A DNA stretch of 55,202 nt, from the NCBI GenBank assembly GCA_043760195.1, contig JAYUPJ010000092.1, positions 1 through 55,202 of the forward strand, written 5' to 3'. The notes beneath the pieces are model-generated. The model searched no databases. It saw nothing but the letters and a program-made list of their open reading frames with translations, and was not told the DNA's origin. Numbering within the stretch: position 1 is the stretch's first letter; each line of letters starts with the position of its first letter. The stretch comes from Sphingomonadales bacterium. Its GTDB lineage: Bacteria > Pseudomonadota > Alphaproteobacteria > Sphingomonadales > Sphingomonadaceae. Shown piece after piece: positions 46,905-55,202 of this stretch. The position numbers and the translations under genes are program-made.

Positions 46905-48110
46905 ATGAACTACGAAACCAGCATTGCCAACCCGATTGGCGGCCAAAGTGAATATACGTTTGACGACAGCGGCAGATCAAATAAGCGCCGCTGGATCATT
47001 ATTGCCGCCATCGCTCTGATCTTGTTGGTTGGCGGAGCACTGGGCTATTATTATTCTCAAGGCGAAACCGGCGCGGCAACAAAAGCCGCCGACGACGCCA
47101 AAAAGAGCGCGCAGGCGCAGAATGTTACGGTCGTATCGCCGGGCACGGAAACCGTCGCCAAATCAATCAACGCGACTGGTACCATTGCGGCGCGGCGCGA
47201 TACGCCCGTCGGCGTGGTCGGTGAAGGCGGACAGGTATCACGCGTGTATTTCGATGCGGGAGAATGGGTTTCGCAAGGGCAAACTTTGGTCAGCATCGAA
47301 CGGTCAGTGCAAGTGCAGCAAGCCGCCGCGCTGGACGCGCAAATCGGTGTGGCGCGCGCCGATCTGCAACTGGCGGAGAGTGAATTGAACCGTGCGGCGC
47401 AGCTGATCGACAGAGGCTTTATTTCTAAAGCCGATGTTGACCGCAAAACTGCCACACGCAATGCCGCCCGCGCCCGGGTCAACGTGGCGTTAGCGCAGCT
47501 GAATGAAACCCGCGCCCGCAATGCACGGCTCGATATCCGTGCGCCTGTCAGCGGATATCTGCTCGAACGCAATGTCGAGCCGGGCCAAACCGTGAGCGCG
47601 GGCAGCGGCATATTGTTCCGCATCGCCAAAGGCGGCGAGATGGAATTGCAAGCGTTGTTGAGCGAGAATGATCTTGCGTCGGTATCCGAAGGTATTTCAG
47701 CAACCGTCACGCCCGTTGGCAGTGAAGAGACTTTTACCGGTCAGATTTGGCAAATTGCGCCGACCATTGATGGACAATCGCGGCAAGGTATGGCGCGCAT
47801 TTCGCTGCCGTTTAACCGGGCACTGCGTCCCGGCGGATTTGCCAGCGTGATCATTCGGTCCGGTGCCATGACTGCGCCAATCCTGCCCGAATCCGCAATC
47901 CAGAATGATGATCGCGGCTTTTTCGTGTATATCATCGGCAACGACAGCAAGGTCGCCCGCCGGGCTATTAAGACCGGAGAAGTCACAGCAAACGGTATCC
48001 CCGTTATCGAAGGGCTGGACGGCACGGAAAAGGTTGTTCTGTTTGCCGGCGGCTTTTTGAATCCCGGCGAAACAGTAAAAGCGGTGATGCAGAAAAAGCA
48101 GGCGCAATAG
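46905..48110 (+). CDS. RND efflux periplasmic adaptor (membrane fusion protein)
   Basis: TM anchor, lipoyl halves (GEWVSQGQTL, IRAPVSG), alpha-hairpin, LRPGGF. Confidence 0.92.
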   Translation: MNYETSIANPIGGQSEYTFDDSGRSNKRRWIIIAAIALILLVGGALGYYYSQGETGAATKAADDAKKSAQAQNVTVVSPGTETVAKSINATGTIAARRDTPVGVVGEGGQVSRVYFDAGEWVSQGQTLVSIERSVQVQQAAALDAQIGVARADLQLAESELNRAAQLIDRGFISKADVDRKTATRNAARARVNVALAQLNETRARNARLDIRAPVSGYLLERNVEPGQTVSAGSGILFRIAKGGEMELQALLSENDLASVSEGISATVTPVGSEETFTGQIWQIAPTIDGQSRQGMARISLPFNRALRPGGFASVIIRSGAMTAPILPESAIQNDDRGFFVYIIGNDSKVARRAIKTGEVTANGIPVIEGLDGTEKVVLFAGGFLNPGETVKAVMQKKQAQ

Positions 48111-48158
48111 CCTCATGCCCCGCGCGATCACCCTCCCCGTTATGTCCGGATCAGCAGA

Positions 48159-51100
48159 ATGAACTTCAACAATATCTCCGCTTGGTCGATCCGCAATCCG
48201 GTTGTCCCGATCGTGTTGTTTTTCGGGTTGTTGATGGCCGGGATATTAAGTTTCAACCAGATGGACGTGAACAACGATCCGGATATTGATTTTCCCGCAG
48301 CGCAGGTAATTATCGTCCAACCGGGCGCAGCCCCCAGCGAGCTGGAAACGCAGGTTACACAGCGGGTTGAGGCCGCGATCCAATCTATCGCCGGGGTCAA
48401 TCAGATCAGCTCCTCCGTTCGTGAAGGCAGCAGTGAAACTTTTGTTCAGTTCGAACTGGGCACAGACACCAACGCCGCGGTCGCCGAAGTGAAAAATGCG
48501 GTGGACCAGATCCGCAGCGAATTGCCCGATGGCATATTGGAACCGCAAATATTAAAGGTCACCATTAACGGCGACGCTCTGGTTTACTTCGCCGTTTCGG
48601 CCGCCGATCTAACGCTGGAACAGCTTAGCTGGTTTGTCGATGATACCATTTCGAAATCGTTACTCGCGGTTGAAGGTGTTGCCAATGTCGACCGCAATGG
48701 CGGCGTCAGCCGAGAGATTAGGGTAACGCTGGATCCCGCAAAGATGCAATCACTCGGCGTGACGGCCAGTCAAATCAACAATGTTTTGCGCCAGTTAAAT
48801 GTCAATGCGGCGGGCGGGCGTGCAGAAATTGCCGGATCGCGCCAATCGGTTCGCGTATTGGGAAATGCCGACTCCGCCTTTGCCCTTAGCCAAACGCAAA
48901 TATCGTTGGGCAATGGCCGGACAGTAAAATTGAGCGATGTCGCAAAAGTAACCGACGGTTTTGGTGAACAAACCTCGATAGGCAAATTGCGCGGCCGCCA
49001 AGTGATAACATTCGGTATTACCCGCGCCAAAGGATCGTCCGAAGTTACCGTCTACGACAAGTCAGTGGAAAAATTACAAGAGCTGGAAAAAAGCAATCCG
49101 GGGATTAAATTCACGCGACTGTTCACCACCGTTGATTATACCAAGGGCCAATATGCCAGTTCGATGGCGGCGATGATTGAGGGCGCTTTACTGGCTATCG
49201 TCGTTGTGTTCCTGTTCCTGCGCGATTGGCGGGCGACATTGATCTCTGCCATCGCGATCCCCTTGTCCGCGATACCGACCTTTTGGTTTATGGACCTGCT
49301 TGGCTTCAACCTGAACACATTCAGCCTGCTTGCGCTGGGATTGGTGGCAGGTGTTCTGGTCGACGATGCCATTGTGGAAATCGAAAACATCGTCCGCCAC
49401 ATGCGGATGGGCAAATCCGCCTATCAAGCGTCGATTGATGCCGCCGACGAAATCGGCTTGGCCGTGGTCGCGACGACATTTTCGATTATCGCAGTGTTCC
49501 TGCCGGTGGGATTGATGCCCGGTATATCCGGCCAGTTTTTCAAAGCATTCGGGCTTACCGTCGTGATTGCAGTGTTTATCAGCCTTGCGGTCGCACGCAT
49601 GATCACGCCGATGATTGCGGCGTATTTCATGAAATCGCATGGTGAAGCCTCGCATGCGCAGGGACCGTGGATGGAACGCTACGTTAGCATGCTGACATGG
49701 TCGCTGAACCACCGGTGGAAGATGGTCGGGATTGGCGTTCTTGCCTTTGTGGCGACGATTGGCATGTTCACCGTTGTTCCGATCCAGCCTTTTCCCGATG
49801 CCAATCAGGATTTCAGCCGTATCCGCATTGAGATGGTCCCGGGGACGACGCTCAAGCAAACAGAGGTTGTCGCCGACAAAGTCGCGGCATTACTGAACGC
49901 CCATCCCGATGTCGAAAATGCGTTGGAGCGGATTAATGAGGGCAATGCGTTTGTCGTCATAACGCTGAAAAAAGATCGCAAGCTGACCAGCATTGAGTTT
50001 GAACGGTCATTGACCCCGATCTTGCAGAAAATCCCCGATGCGCGGATGAACTTTCAGGCAGACGGCTATGGCGGTCCCAGTTCAGGCCGTGACGTGACGG
50101 TCATGTTAACCGGTTCGGATCCCGTGCTGTTAAATGATACAGCAGCGAAGCTGGTGGAACAGATGAAGTCGATAAAGTCGCTGGATGGACCGCGGGTGTC
50201 GGCGGATCTTAAACGGCCCGAAGTCATCATTCGCCCCCGGCTTGATCTTGCCGCGCAACTGGGCGTTACAACAGCGTCTTTGAGCCAAGCGATTCGGATA
50301 GCAACGATTGGTGACATTGATCAGAACAGCGCAAAATTCTCGCTCTCAAGCCGTCAAATCCCGATCCGCGTTATGCTATCTGAATCAACCCGGTCCGAGA
50401 TATCGACGATTCAAAACCTGCCGGTTCCAACCGCCAGCGGCGGAACGGTGCCGTTGAGCCGTGTCGCCGAAATTTCATTCGGTTCCGGCCCAACGACAAT
50501 TCAGCGGGAAAACCAGCAGCGCCGGGTATTTATCGGCGCAGATATTGCTGCCAACGGCATTTATGGTGACGCGATCAAAGAAGTGAACGCGCTGCCGCTG
50601 ATGAAAAATCTGCCTGTCGGCGTCGCCAATCCGGCCGCTGGTCAGGATGAAATCCTGCTTGAGCTAATCCAGAATTTCATTGTCGCGGTGATTTCCGGCG
50701 TGTTTCTGGTCTTTGGCGTCTTGGTGCTTTTGTACCGCCGCTTTGTATCGCCGCTGGTTAACATGGCGTCGCTGTTGCTGGCCCCGCTGGGCGGTCTGAT
50801 CGCGATTTGGATCACCGGGGATGTTATTTCGATACCCGTGTTCATCGGCATACTGATGTTGCTGGGAATTGTTGGCAAGAACTCGATCTTGTTGATTGAT
50901 TTCGCGCTGGAGGAAATTGAGCGCGGCGTGCCCAAGGCCGAGGCTATCATCGAAGCCGGGCGCAAACGGGCGCAACCGATTGTGATGACCACTGTGGCGA
51001 TGGTTGCCGGTATGGTGCCGACGGCGCTGTCTATTTCGGGTGACGGCGCATTCCGTGCGCCAATGGGCGTGGCGGTGATTGGCGGGTTGATCCTCTCGAC

Positions 51101-51299
51101 GATCCTGACTTTGGCGCTGGTGCCTGCTGGCTTCAGCTTGGCGAGCGATATTGAGGCGTGGCTTGGCAAAAAGATCGGGCGTGTGTTGCTGGCAGATTAT
51201 GACAGCTTGGCCGAGAATGAAAAAGAGGCCGCAAGGCGCAAAGCCAAAAAGAAGTCACCTATTTTTAGCGAAGGCGGAGGCATTCAGCCTGCTGAATAA
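48159..51299 (+). CDS. RND efflux permease (AcrB/AcrD/AcrF family)
   Basis: 1046 aa; [32 protein letters not shown] motifs. Confidence 0.95.
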   Translation: MNFNNISAWSIRNPVVPIVLFFGLLMAGILSFNQMDVNNDPDIDFPAAQVIIVQPGAAPSELETQVTQRVEAAIQSIAGVNQISSSVREGSSETFVQFELGTDTNAAVAEVKNAVDQIRSELPDGILEPQILKVTINGDALVYFAVSAADLTLEQLSWFVDDTISKSLLAVEGVANVDRNGGVSREIRVTLDPAKMQSLGVTASQINNVLRQLNVNAAGGRAEIAGSRQSVRVLGNADSAFALSQTQISLGNGRTVKLSDVAKVTDGFGEQTSIGKLRGRQVITFGITRAKGSSEVTVYDKSVEKLQELEKSNPGIKFTRLFTTVDYTKGQYASSMAAMIEGALLAIVVVFLFLRDWRATLISAIAIPLSAIPTFWFMDLLGFNLNTFSLLALGLVAGVLVDDAIVEIENIVRHMRMGKSAYQASIDAADEIGLAVVATTFSIIAVFLPVGLMPGISGQFFKAFGLTVVIAVFISLAVARMITPMIAAYFMKSHGEASHAQGPWMERYVSMLTWSLNHRWKMVGIGVLAFVATIGMFTVVPIQPFPDANQDFSRIRIEMVPGTTLKQTEVVADKVAALLNAHPDVENALERINEGNAFVVITLKKDRKLTSIEFERSLTPILQKIPDARMNFQADGYGGPSSGRDVTVMLTGSDPVLLNDTAAKLVEQMKSIKSLDGPRVSADLKRPEVIIRPRLDLAAQLGVTTASLSQAIRIATIGDIDQNSAKFSLSSRQIPIRVMLSESTRSEISTIQNLPVPTASGGTVPLSRVAEISFGSGPTTIQRENQQRRVFIGADIAANGIYGDAIKEVNALPLMKNLPVGVANPAAGQDEILLELIQNFIVAVISGVFLVFGVLVLLYRRFVSPLVNMASLLLAPLGGLIAIWITGDVISIPVFIGILMLLGIVGKNSILLIDFALEEIERGVPKAEAIIEAGRKRAQPIVMTTVAMVAGMVPTALSISGDGAFRAPMGVAVIGGLILSTILTLALVPAGFSLASDIEAWLGKKIGRVLLADYDSLAENEKEAARRKAKKKSPIFSEGGGIQPAE

Positions 51300-51329
51300 T
51301 CGAGCTGAACCGCGCAGGCCGCTTGGCAG

Positions 51330-52640
51330 ATGCCGCCGTATTGCGGTAAGGCAAAAATTGTGAAGCAGGTCAAACATTTGGGACAATCGGAAAAGGCACG
51401 TTATGATGCGCGTGACGCAGAGCTGCGCCAAATGCGTATTGTCGCGACCAGCTTGCTGGCCTTCATGGCGGTGCTGTTCATAATCGGCAGCCGGCTGGAA
51501 CATAACTACCTAGGCTATTGGGGATTTTTACGCGCGTTTGCCGAGGCGGGGATGATCGGCGGGCTGGCCGATTGGTTTGCGGTGACCGCCTTGTTCCGCC
51601 ATCCGATGGGTATTCGCATTCCGCACACCGCGATCATTCCCAACAACAAGACGCGGATTGGCAACACCCTGGCAGCGTTCTTGCGCGGTAATTTCCTGAC
51701 CACCAAAGTGGTGACGCGGCGTATTCGGAACATGGATGTGGCAGGGGCGATGGGCCGATTCCTGGTGCAACCTGCGGGCGGAGAAGGTCGGATGCGGATG
51801 GGCGCTTCGCGGCTATTTGGCGATATGATCGCGTCGCTCGACGACGAACGCTTGGGCAATGTCGCCAAAGCCGCGCTGAAACAGCAGTTGCAAAAACTCG
51901 ATATTGCCCCGTTATTGGGTCAGATGCTGACCGCGATGATCCGTGAGCGGCGGCACATGGCAGTGCTCGACGGCGTCATCAAGTGGAGCGCAAAAACACT
52001 CGAAGCCAACGAACATCTCATCCGCGAAATGGTGGAGGAACGCGCCAATACGATTATGCGCTGGACCGGACTTGATGAAAAACTGGCCGATGCGATTGTC
52101 AGCGGCCTTACCAAGATGCTGGCCGAAATGGCCGCAGACCCCGACCATCCTTTGCGCGCAAAGGGCGAAGAGGGGCTGAGCAACCTTGCCCATGATTTGG
52201 TCCATGACAAGAAAATGCGCAAGCGCGTCAACGAATGGAAAAGCGAGTTGCTCGATAATCCCGCGATTGGCAGCTGGATTGATGGATTGTGGCAGCAAGG
52301 CCGCGAAGGCCTGCTGAAAGCAGCCCGTCATCCCGACGCCTCTTTGGCCGGGCAGTTTGGCAAAATCCTGATCAATCTGGGCAACCGTCTGCAGCAAGAC
52401 GAACGCCTGAAACGTCAAATCAACCGCTTCGCGCGCCGCGCAATTGTTGGCACCACTGAAAATTACGGCGAAAATATCGTGTCCTTAGTATCCGACACGA
52501 TCAAAGGCTGGGACGCATCGACCATCACCGACCGCGTCGAAAACGCCGTCGGCAGCGACCTGCAATTCATCCGCATCAATGGCACGTTGGTTGGCGGCTT
52601 GGCCGGGCTCGTGATCCACGCGGTGGGATTGTGGATTTAA
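51330..52640 (+). CDS. DUF445-family membrane protein
   Basis: EAGMIGGLADWFAVTALFRHP and DLQFIRINGTLVGG motifs; the true start may be slightly downstream. Confidence 0.9.
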   Translation: MPPYCGKAKIVKQVKHLGQSEKARYDARDAELRQMRIVATSLLAFMAVLFIIGSRLEHNYLGYWGFLRAFAEAGMIGGLADWFAVTALFRHPMGIRIPHTAIIPNNKTRIGNTLAAFLRGNFLTTKVVTRRIRNMDVAGAMGRFLVQPAGGEGRMRMGASRLFGDMIASLDDERLGNVAKAALKQQLQKLDIAPLLGQMLTAMIRERRHMAVLDGVIKWSAKTLEANEHLIREMVEERANTIMRWTGLDEKLADAIVSGLTKMLAEMAADPDHPLRAKGEEGLSNLAHDLVHDKKMRKRVNEWKSELLDNPAIGSWIDGLWQQGREGLLKAARHPDASLAGQFGKILINLGNRLQQDERLKRQINRFARRAIVGTTENYGENIVSLVSDTIKGWDASTITDRVENAVGSDLQFIRINGTLVGGLAGLVIHAVGLWI

Positions 52641-52673
52641 GGCAGGGGCGAACTCAAACGCAATCGGGATTGA

Positions 52674-53984
52674 TCACCCCGCCGCCGCGATCATTTCTGC
52701 GATACTGGTGAATTTCTCACGCGGCGCGCCTTCTCTTGCGCGCTGCAATTCGGCGTGTTCGATCTTTTTCCAATCGTTGAAGGTCACAACGTCGACGGAC
52801 CGCCGCGATAGAATTTCATCGAGGCCGCTGCGCCCCGCCTTACCTGCGCCATCGCCAATATCCTGCGCGATCAAATCTGCGATTGCATAGCCGTCTGGAC
52901 GGTTGGTGCCGATGGTTCCCGACGGTCCGCGCCGCGCCCAACCGACGCAGTATAGGCCCGGCAATATCCGGCCTTCATCGCTGGCAAAACGGCCGCGGCC
53001 ATGTTCGAATGGCACGCCTTCTATCGGCGGTGTTTGATACCCGATGCAGCTGATCACTGCCGAGCATTCGAGCGCGTAAATCTCGCCCGTGCCATGGCTG
53101 CGCATTTGATCATCGAGCGTTGTTCGCTCCACCAATAACCGTTCCACCTTGCCATTGCCTTCGATTGCAACCGGTGAGGCGAAGAAATCAAACTCGATAG
53201 TGATCGGTTTGTCAGCGCGCACGCTCGCGGGAATATCCGCGAAGTCGCGCAGATGCGACACCGACTTGCGCATGCCGGGTTCGAGCAATGCGTCGGCACC
53301 TTCGTCGGGCAAATCAGCGGCGGCCACGAACGGCGCGGCACGTTCTAAATGGCCCAGTTCGCCAAGCTCCTTTGGCGTCATGGCGATCTGATGCGGACCA
53401 CGCCGCCCGAGGAAAGTAACCCGCTCGGTTTTGGCGGTCATCAACCGGCCGAGCGCATGGCTGACGATATCTGATCCCAGAAATTCCTCGCGCGTTTTGG
53501 ATAATATCCGCCCGACGTCGAGCGCGACATTACCGTTGCCAATCACGACGACATGCTTGCCGCCAAGGTCTGGGTCGAGATCCGCAAAATCGGGGTGGCC
53601 ATTATACCAGCCGACAAATGCCGCGCTGCCATAAACCCCCGGCAAATCCGCGCCATCAATGTCCAGCTTGCGATCATTTGGAGCGCCCGTCGCCAGCACC
53701 ACCGCGTCATAAAGTTCGCGTAGTTCGTCAACCGTAACGTCTTTGCCCACGCTGACGTTGCCGGCAAACCGCACATTGTCGAACAGGGCGACTTTTTCGT
53801 ATCGGTTCGCAACCGCCTTGATCGATTGGTGATCGGGGGCAACGCCAAAACGAATAAGCCCAAATGGCACAGGCAGGCGGTCAATCACATCGATCCGTAC
53901 ATCGTCGCCAAAGGCCTTTTGCACCGCCTCCGCTGTATAATATCCCGCCGGGCCCGACCCGATAATTGCGATATGCCGCACCAA
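52674..53984 (-). CDS. Ferredoxin-NADP+ reductase (adrenodoxin reductase/FprA type)
   Basis: GSGPAG, GVAPDH, GNGNVALD, GWARRGPSG motifs. Confidence 0.92.
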   Translation of the reverse strand: MVRHIAIIGSGPAGYYTAEAVQKAFGDDVRIDVIDRLPVPFGLIRFGVAPDHQSIKAVANRYEKVALFDNVRFAGNVSVGKDVTVDELRELYDAVVLATGAPNDRKLDIDGADLPGVYGSAAFVGWYNGHPDFADLDPDLGGKHVVVIGNGNVALDVGRILSKTREEFLGSDIVSHALGRLMTAKTERVTFLGRRGPHQIAMTPKELGELGHLERAAPFVAAADLPDEGADALLEPGMRKSVSHLRDFADIPASVRADKPITIEFDFFASPVAIEGNGKVERLLVERTTLDDQMRSHGTGEIYALECSAVISCIGYQTPPIEGVPFEHGRGRFASDEGRILPGLYCVGWARRGPSGTIGTNRPDGYAIADLIAQDIGDGAGKAGRSGLDEILSRRSVDVVTFNDWKKIEHAELQRAREGAPREKFTSIAEMIAAAG

Positions 53985-54049
53985 TGCTCTCCCTAAGCCT
54001 ATCCTCGATTCGAGATGCTAGCGCGATACTGGCGAAAGGAAAGCGCTGT

Positions 54050-54898
54050 TTAAGCCGCCTTACGCTGAGCCTGCGCCGGGGCCAAGAAACTGCGAATTGC
54101 CGCGATGCTTTCTTCGGTGTGGCTCAACATAAACAAATGGCCACCATTCTTGATGACATGCAATTCGCTGTTCGGGATCAACATGTTCAGGAATTTGCCA
54201 TTGGCCAGCGGCACGATCTGATCGTCGTCCCCCATCATGATCAGCGTTTCCTTTTTCATGAACGGCAAGAACGGCGCACTGGTCCACCCCATCATCGCCA
54301 TCAACTGATAGAAATATCCGGTTTTAGAAGGCGGCGTAATGCGGGAAATATGCCCGCCCTTATTATCATCAGCACCGCCATAGAGCGTCTTGAAATGCTT
54401 GTTCATAAATTCAGGGTCGATGTAACGGCGCGGATCAGCCATTTTCACCAATGCCGCCGGGTTGCCGGGAACCATCAGCATGCCCGCGCTGGTTGCCATC
54501 AGGATCAGCTTGTTGACTTGCGCGCCGTTTTGCATGGCAAATTGCTGCGCCATTGCGCCGCCCCAGCTGACACCGACAACGTCGGCCACCGGAATTTTGA
54601 ATTTTTCAAGCAAAAGCCCCGCGATGCGCGCCATCATAATGGCGTTATAGGGCACAACCGGGTCGGGTGACCCGCCGACGCCGGGCATGTCGAAAGTGAT
54701 AAAATCGCGGTCGTCGAGCATTTCGGCCATCGGTGCCACAGCCTCAATATTCGCGCCGATCCCGTTGAAGAACAGGATTGGCAATGATGCTGATGGCCCC
54801 TTGCCAGCGGCTCGCCACCGCGCAACGCGTAGCGTCCTTCCATCCAAAACTTCCATGGTGAATTCTGGTTCACGTTCTGGTTCACGGCCCTTGATCAT
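54050..54898 (-). CDS. Alpha/beta hydrolase resembling poly(3-hydroxyalkanoate) depolymerase PhaZ
   Basis: FFNGIGANIE, FDMPGVGGS, GVSWGG, GDDDQIVP, GGHLF motifs; start ATG 54898 with AGGA RBS. Confidence 0.8.
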   Translation of the reverse strand: MIKGREPEREPEFTMEVLDGRTLRVARWRAAGKGPSASLPILFFNGIGANIEAVAPMAEMLDDRDFITFDMPGVGGSPDPVVPYNAIMMARIAGLLLEKFKIPVADVVGVSWGGAMAQQFAMQNGAQVNKLILMATSAGMLMVPGNPAALVKMADPRRYIDPEFMNKHFKTLYGGADDNKGGHISRITPPSKTGYFYQLMAMMGWTSAPFLPFMKKETLIMMGDDDQIVPLANGKFLNMLIPNSELHVIKNGGHLFMLSHTEESIAAIRSFLAPAQAQRKAA

Positions 54899-55202
54899 AT
54901 TTCGTTTCCTACTAATTGGGTCGCGTTTAATGCCGTCACTATAACTGCAAAATTCAATTGGTATAGCCCCGAAAATCAGCAAAATGAGGCCTGCCGATAT
55001 GTGTCCGGAAAAGCTGTCAGAAACCCGGCGCGAGATTATATAACCGAGCAGATTTTTTCCCATATTTTCGCTATGTCAGCATGGGGATTTGCCGCCACTT
55101 GACGAAGCCAGATCTCGCCATCAATTGTCGTTTTGGACGTTGTTTGACCAAGGGATCGCAGTACGTCCTCGACGTTTCGGTTGACCGGACGCCAGTTCAA
55201 GA

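Noticed and set aside
54899-55202. A neighbouring phaC or other CDS at the right edge
   Set aside because: No recognisable coding sequence falls within the window.

Overview
A moderately GC-rich alphaproteobacterial chromosomal window. Gene content (sciP, class II DAHP synthase, PhoK-type phosphatase, CGTC-type palindromic repeats) fits a Sphingomonadales genome, possibly Sphingorhabdus-like; this is inference. It holds about 45 CDS, mostly housekeeping or metabolic: an lva-like acyl-CoA operon with a LiuR-type box, dinB, MFS/APC/RND/ABC transporters, hisE, ilvE, typA, mnmA, sciP and a phaZ-like hydrolase. There are three tRNAs (Gln-TTG, Arg-CCG, Thr-CGT) and five REP-like palindromic elements from four sequence families. 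I see no integrase, transposase, reverse transcriptase, phage genes or CRISPR array. The best candidates for uncharacterised systems are: (1) a response regulator / LysM-FecR / CHASE2 kinase module; (2) a translationally coupled DUF3604 / parvulin-like / HupE-UreJ operon between two tRNAs; (3) a TPR plus mono-haem CxxCH pair; (4) a FleQ-like activator that has lost GAFTGA and Walker B; (5) a 64-bp T-shaped element nested inside a REP arm; (6) a 54-aa membrane protein, absent from the ORF track, coupled to DAHP synthase. All family assignments come from motif recognition by eye; no database search was run.
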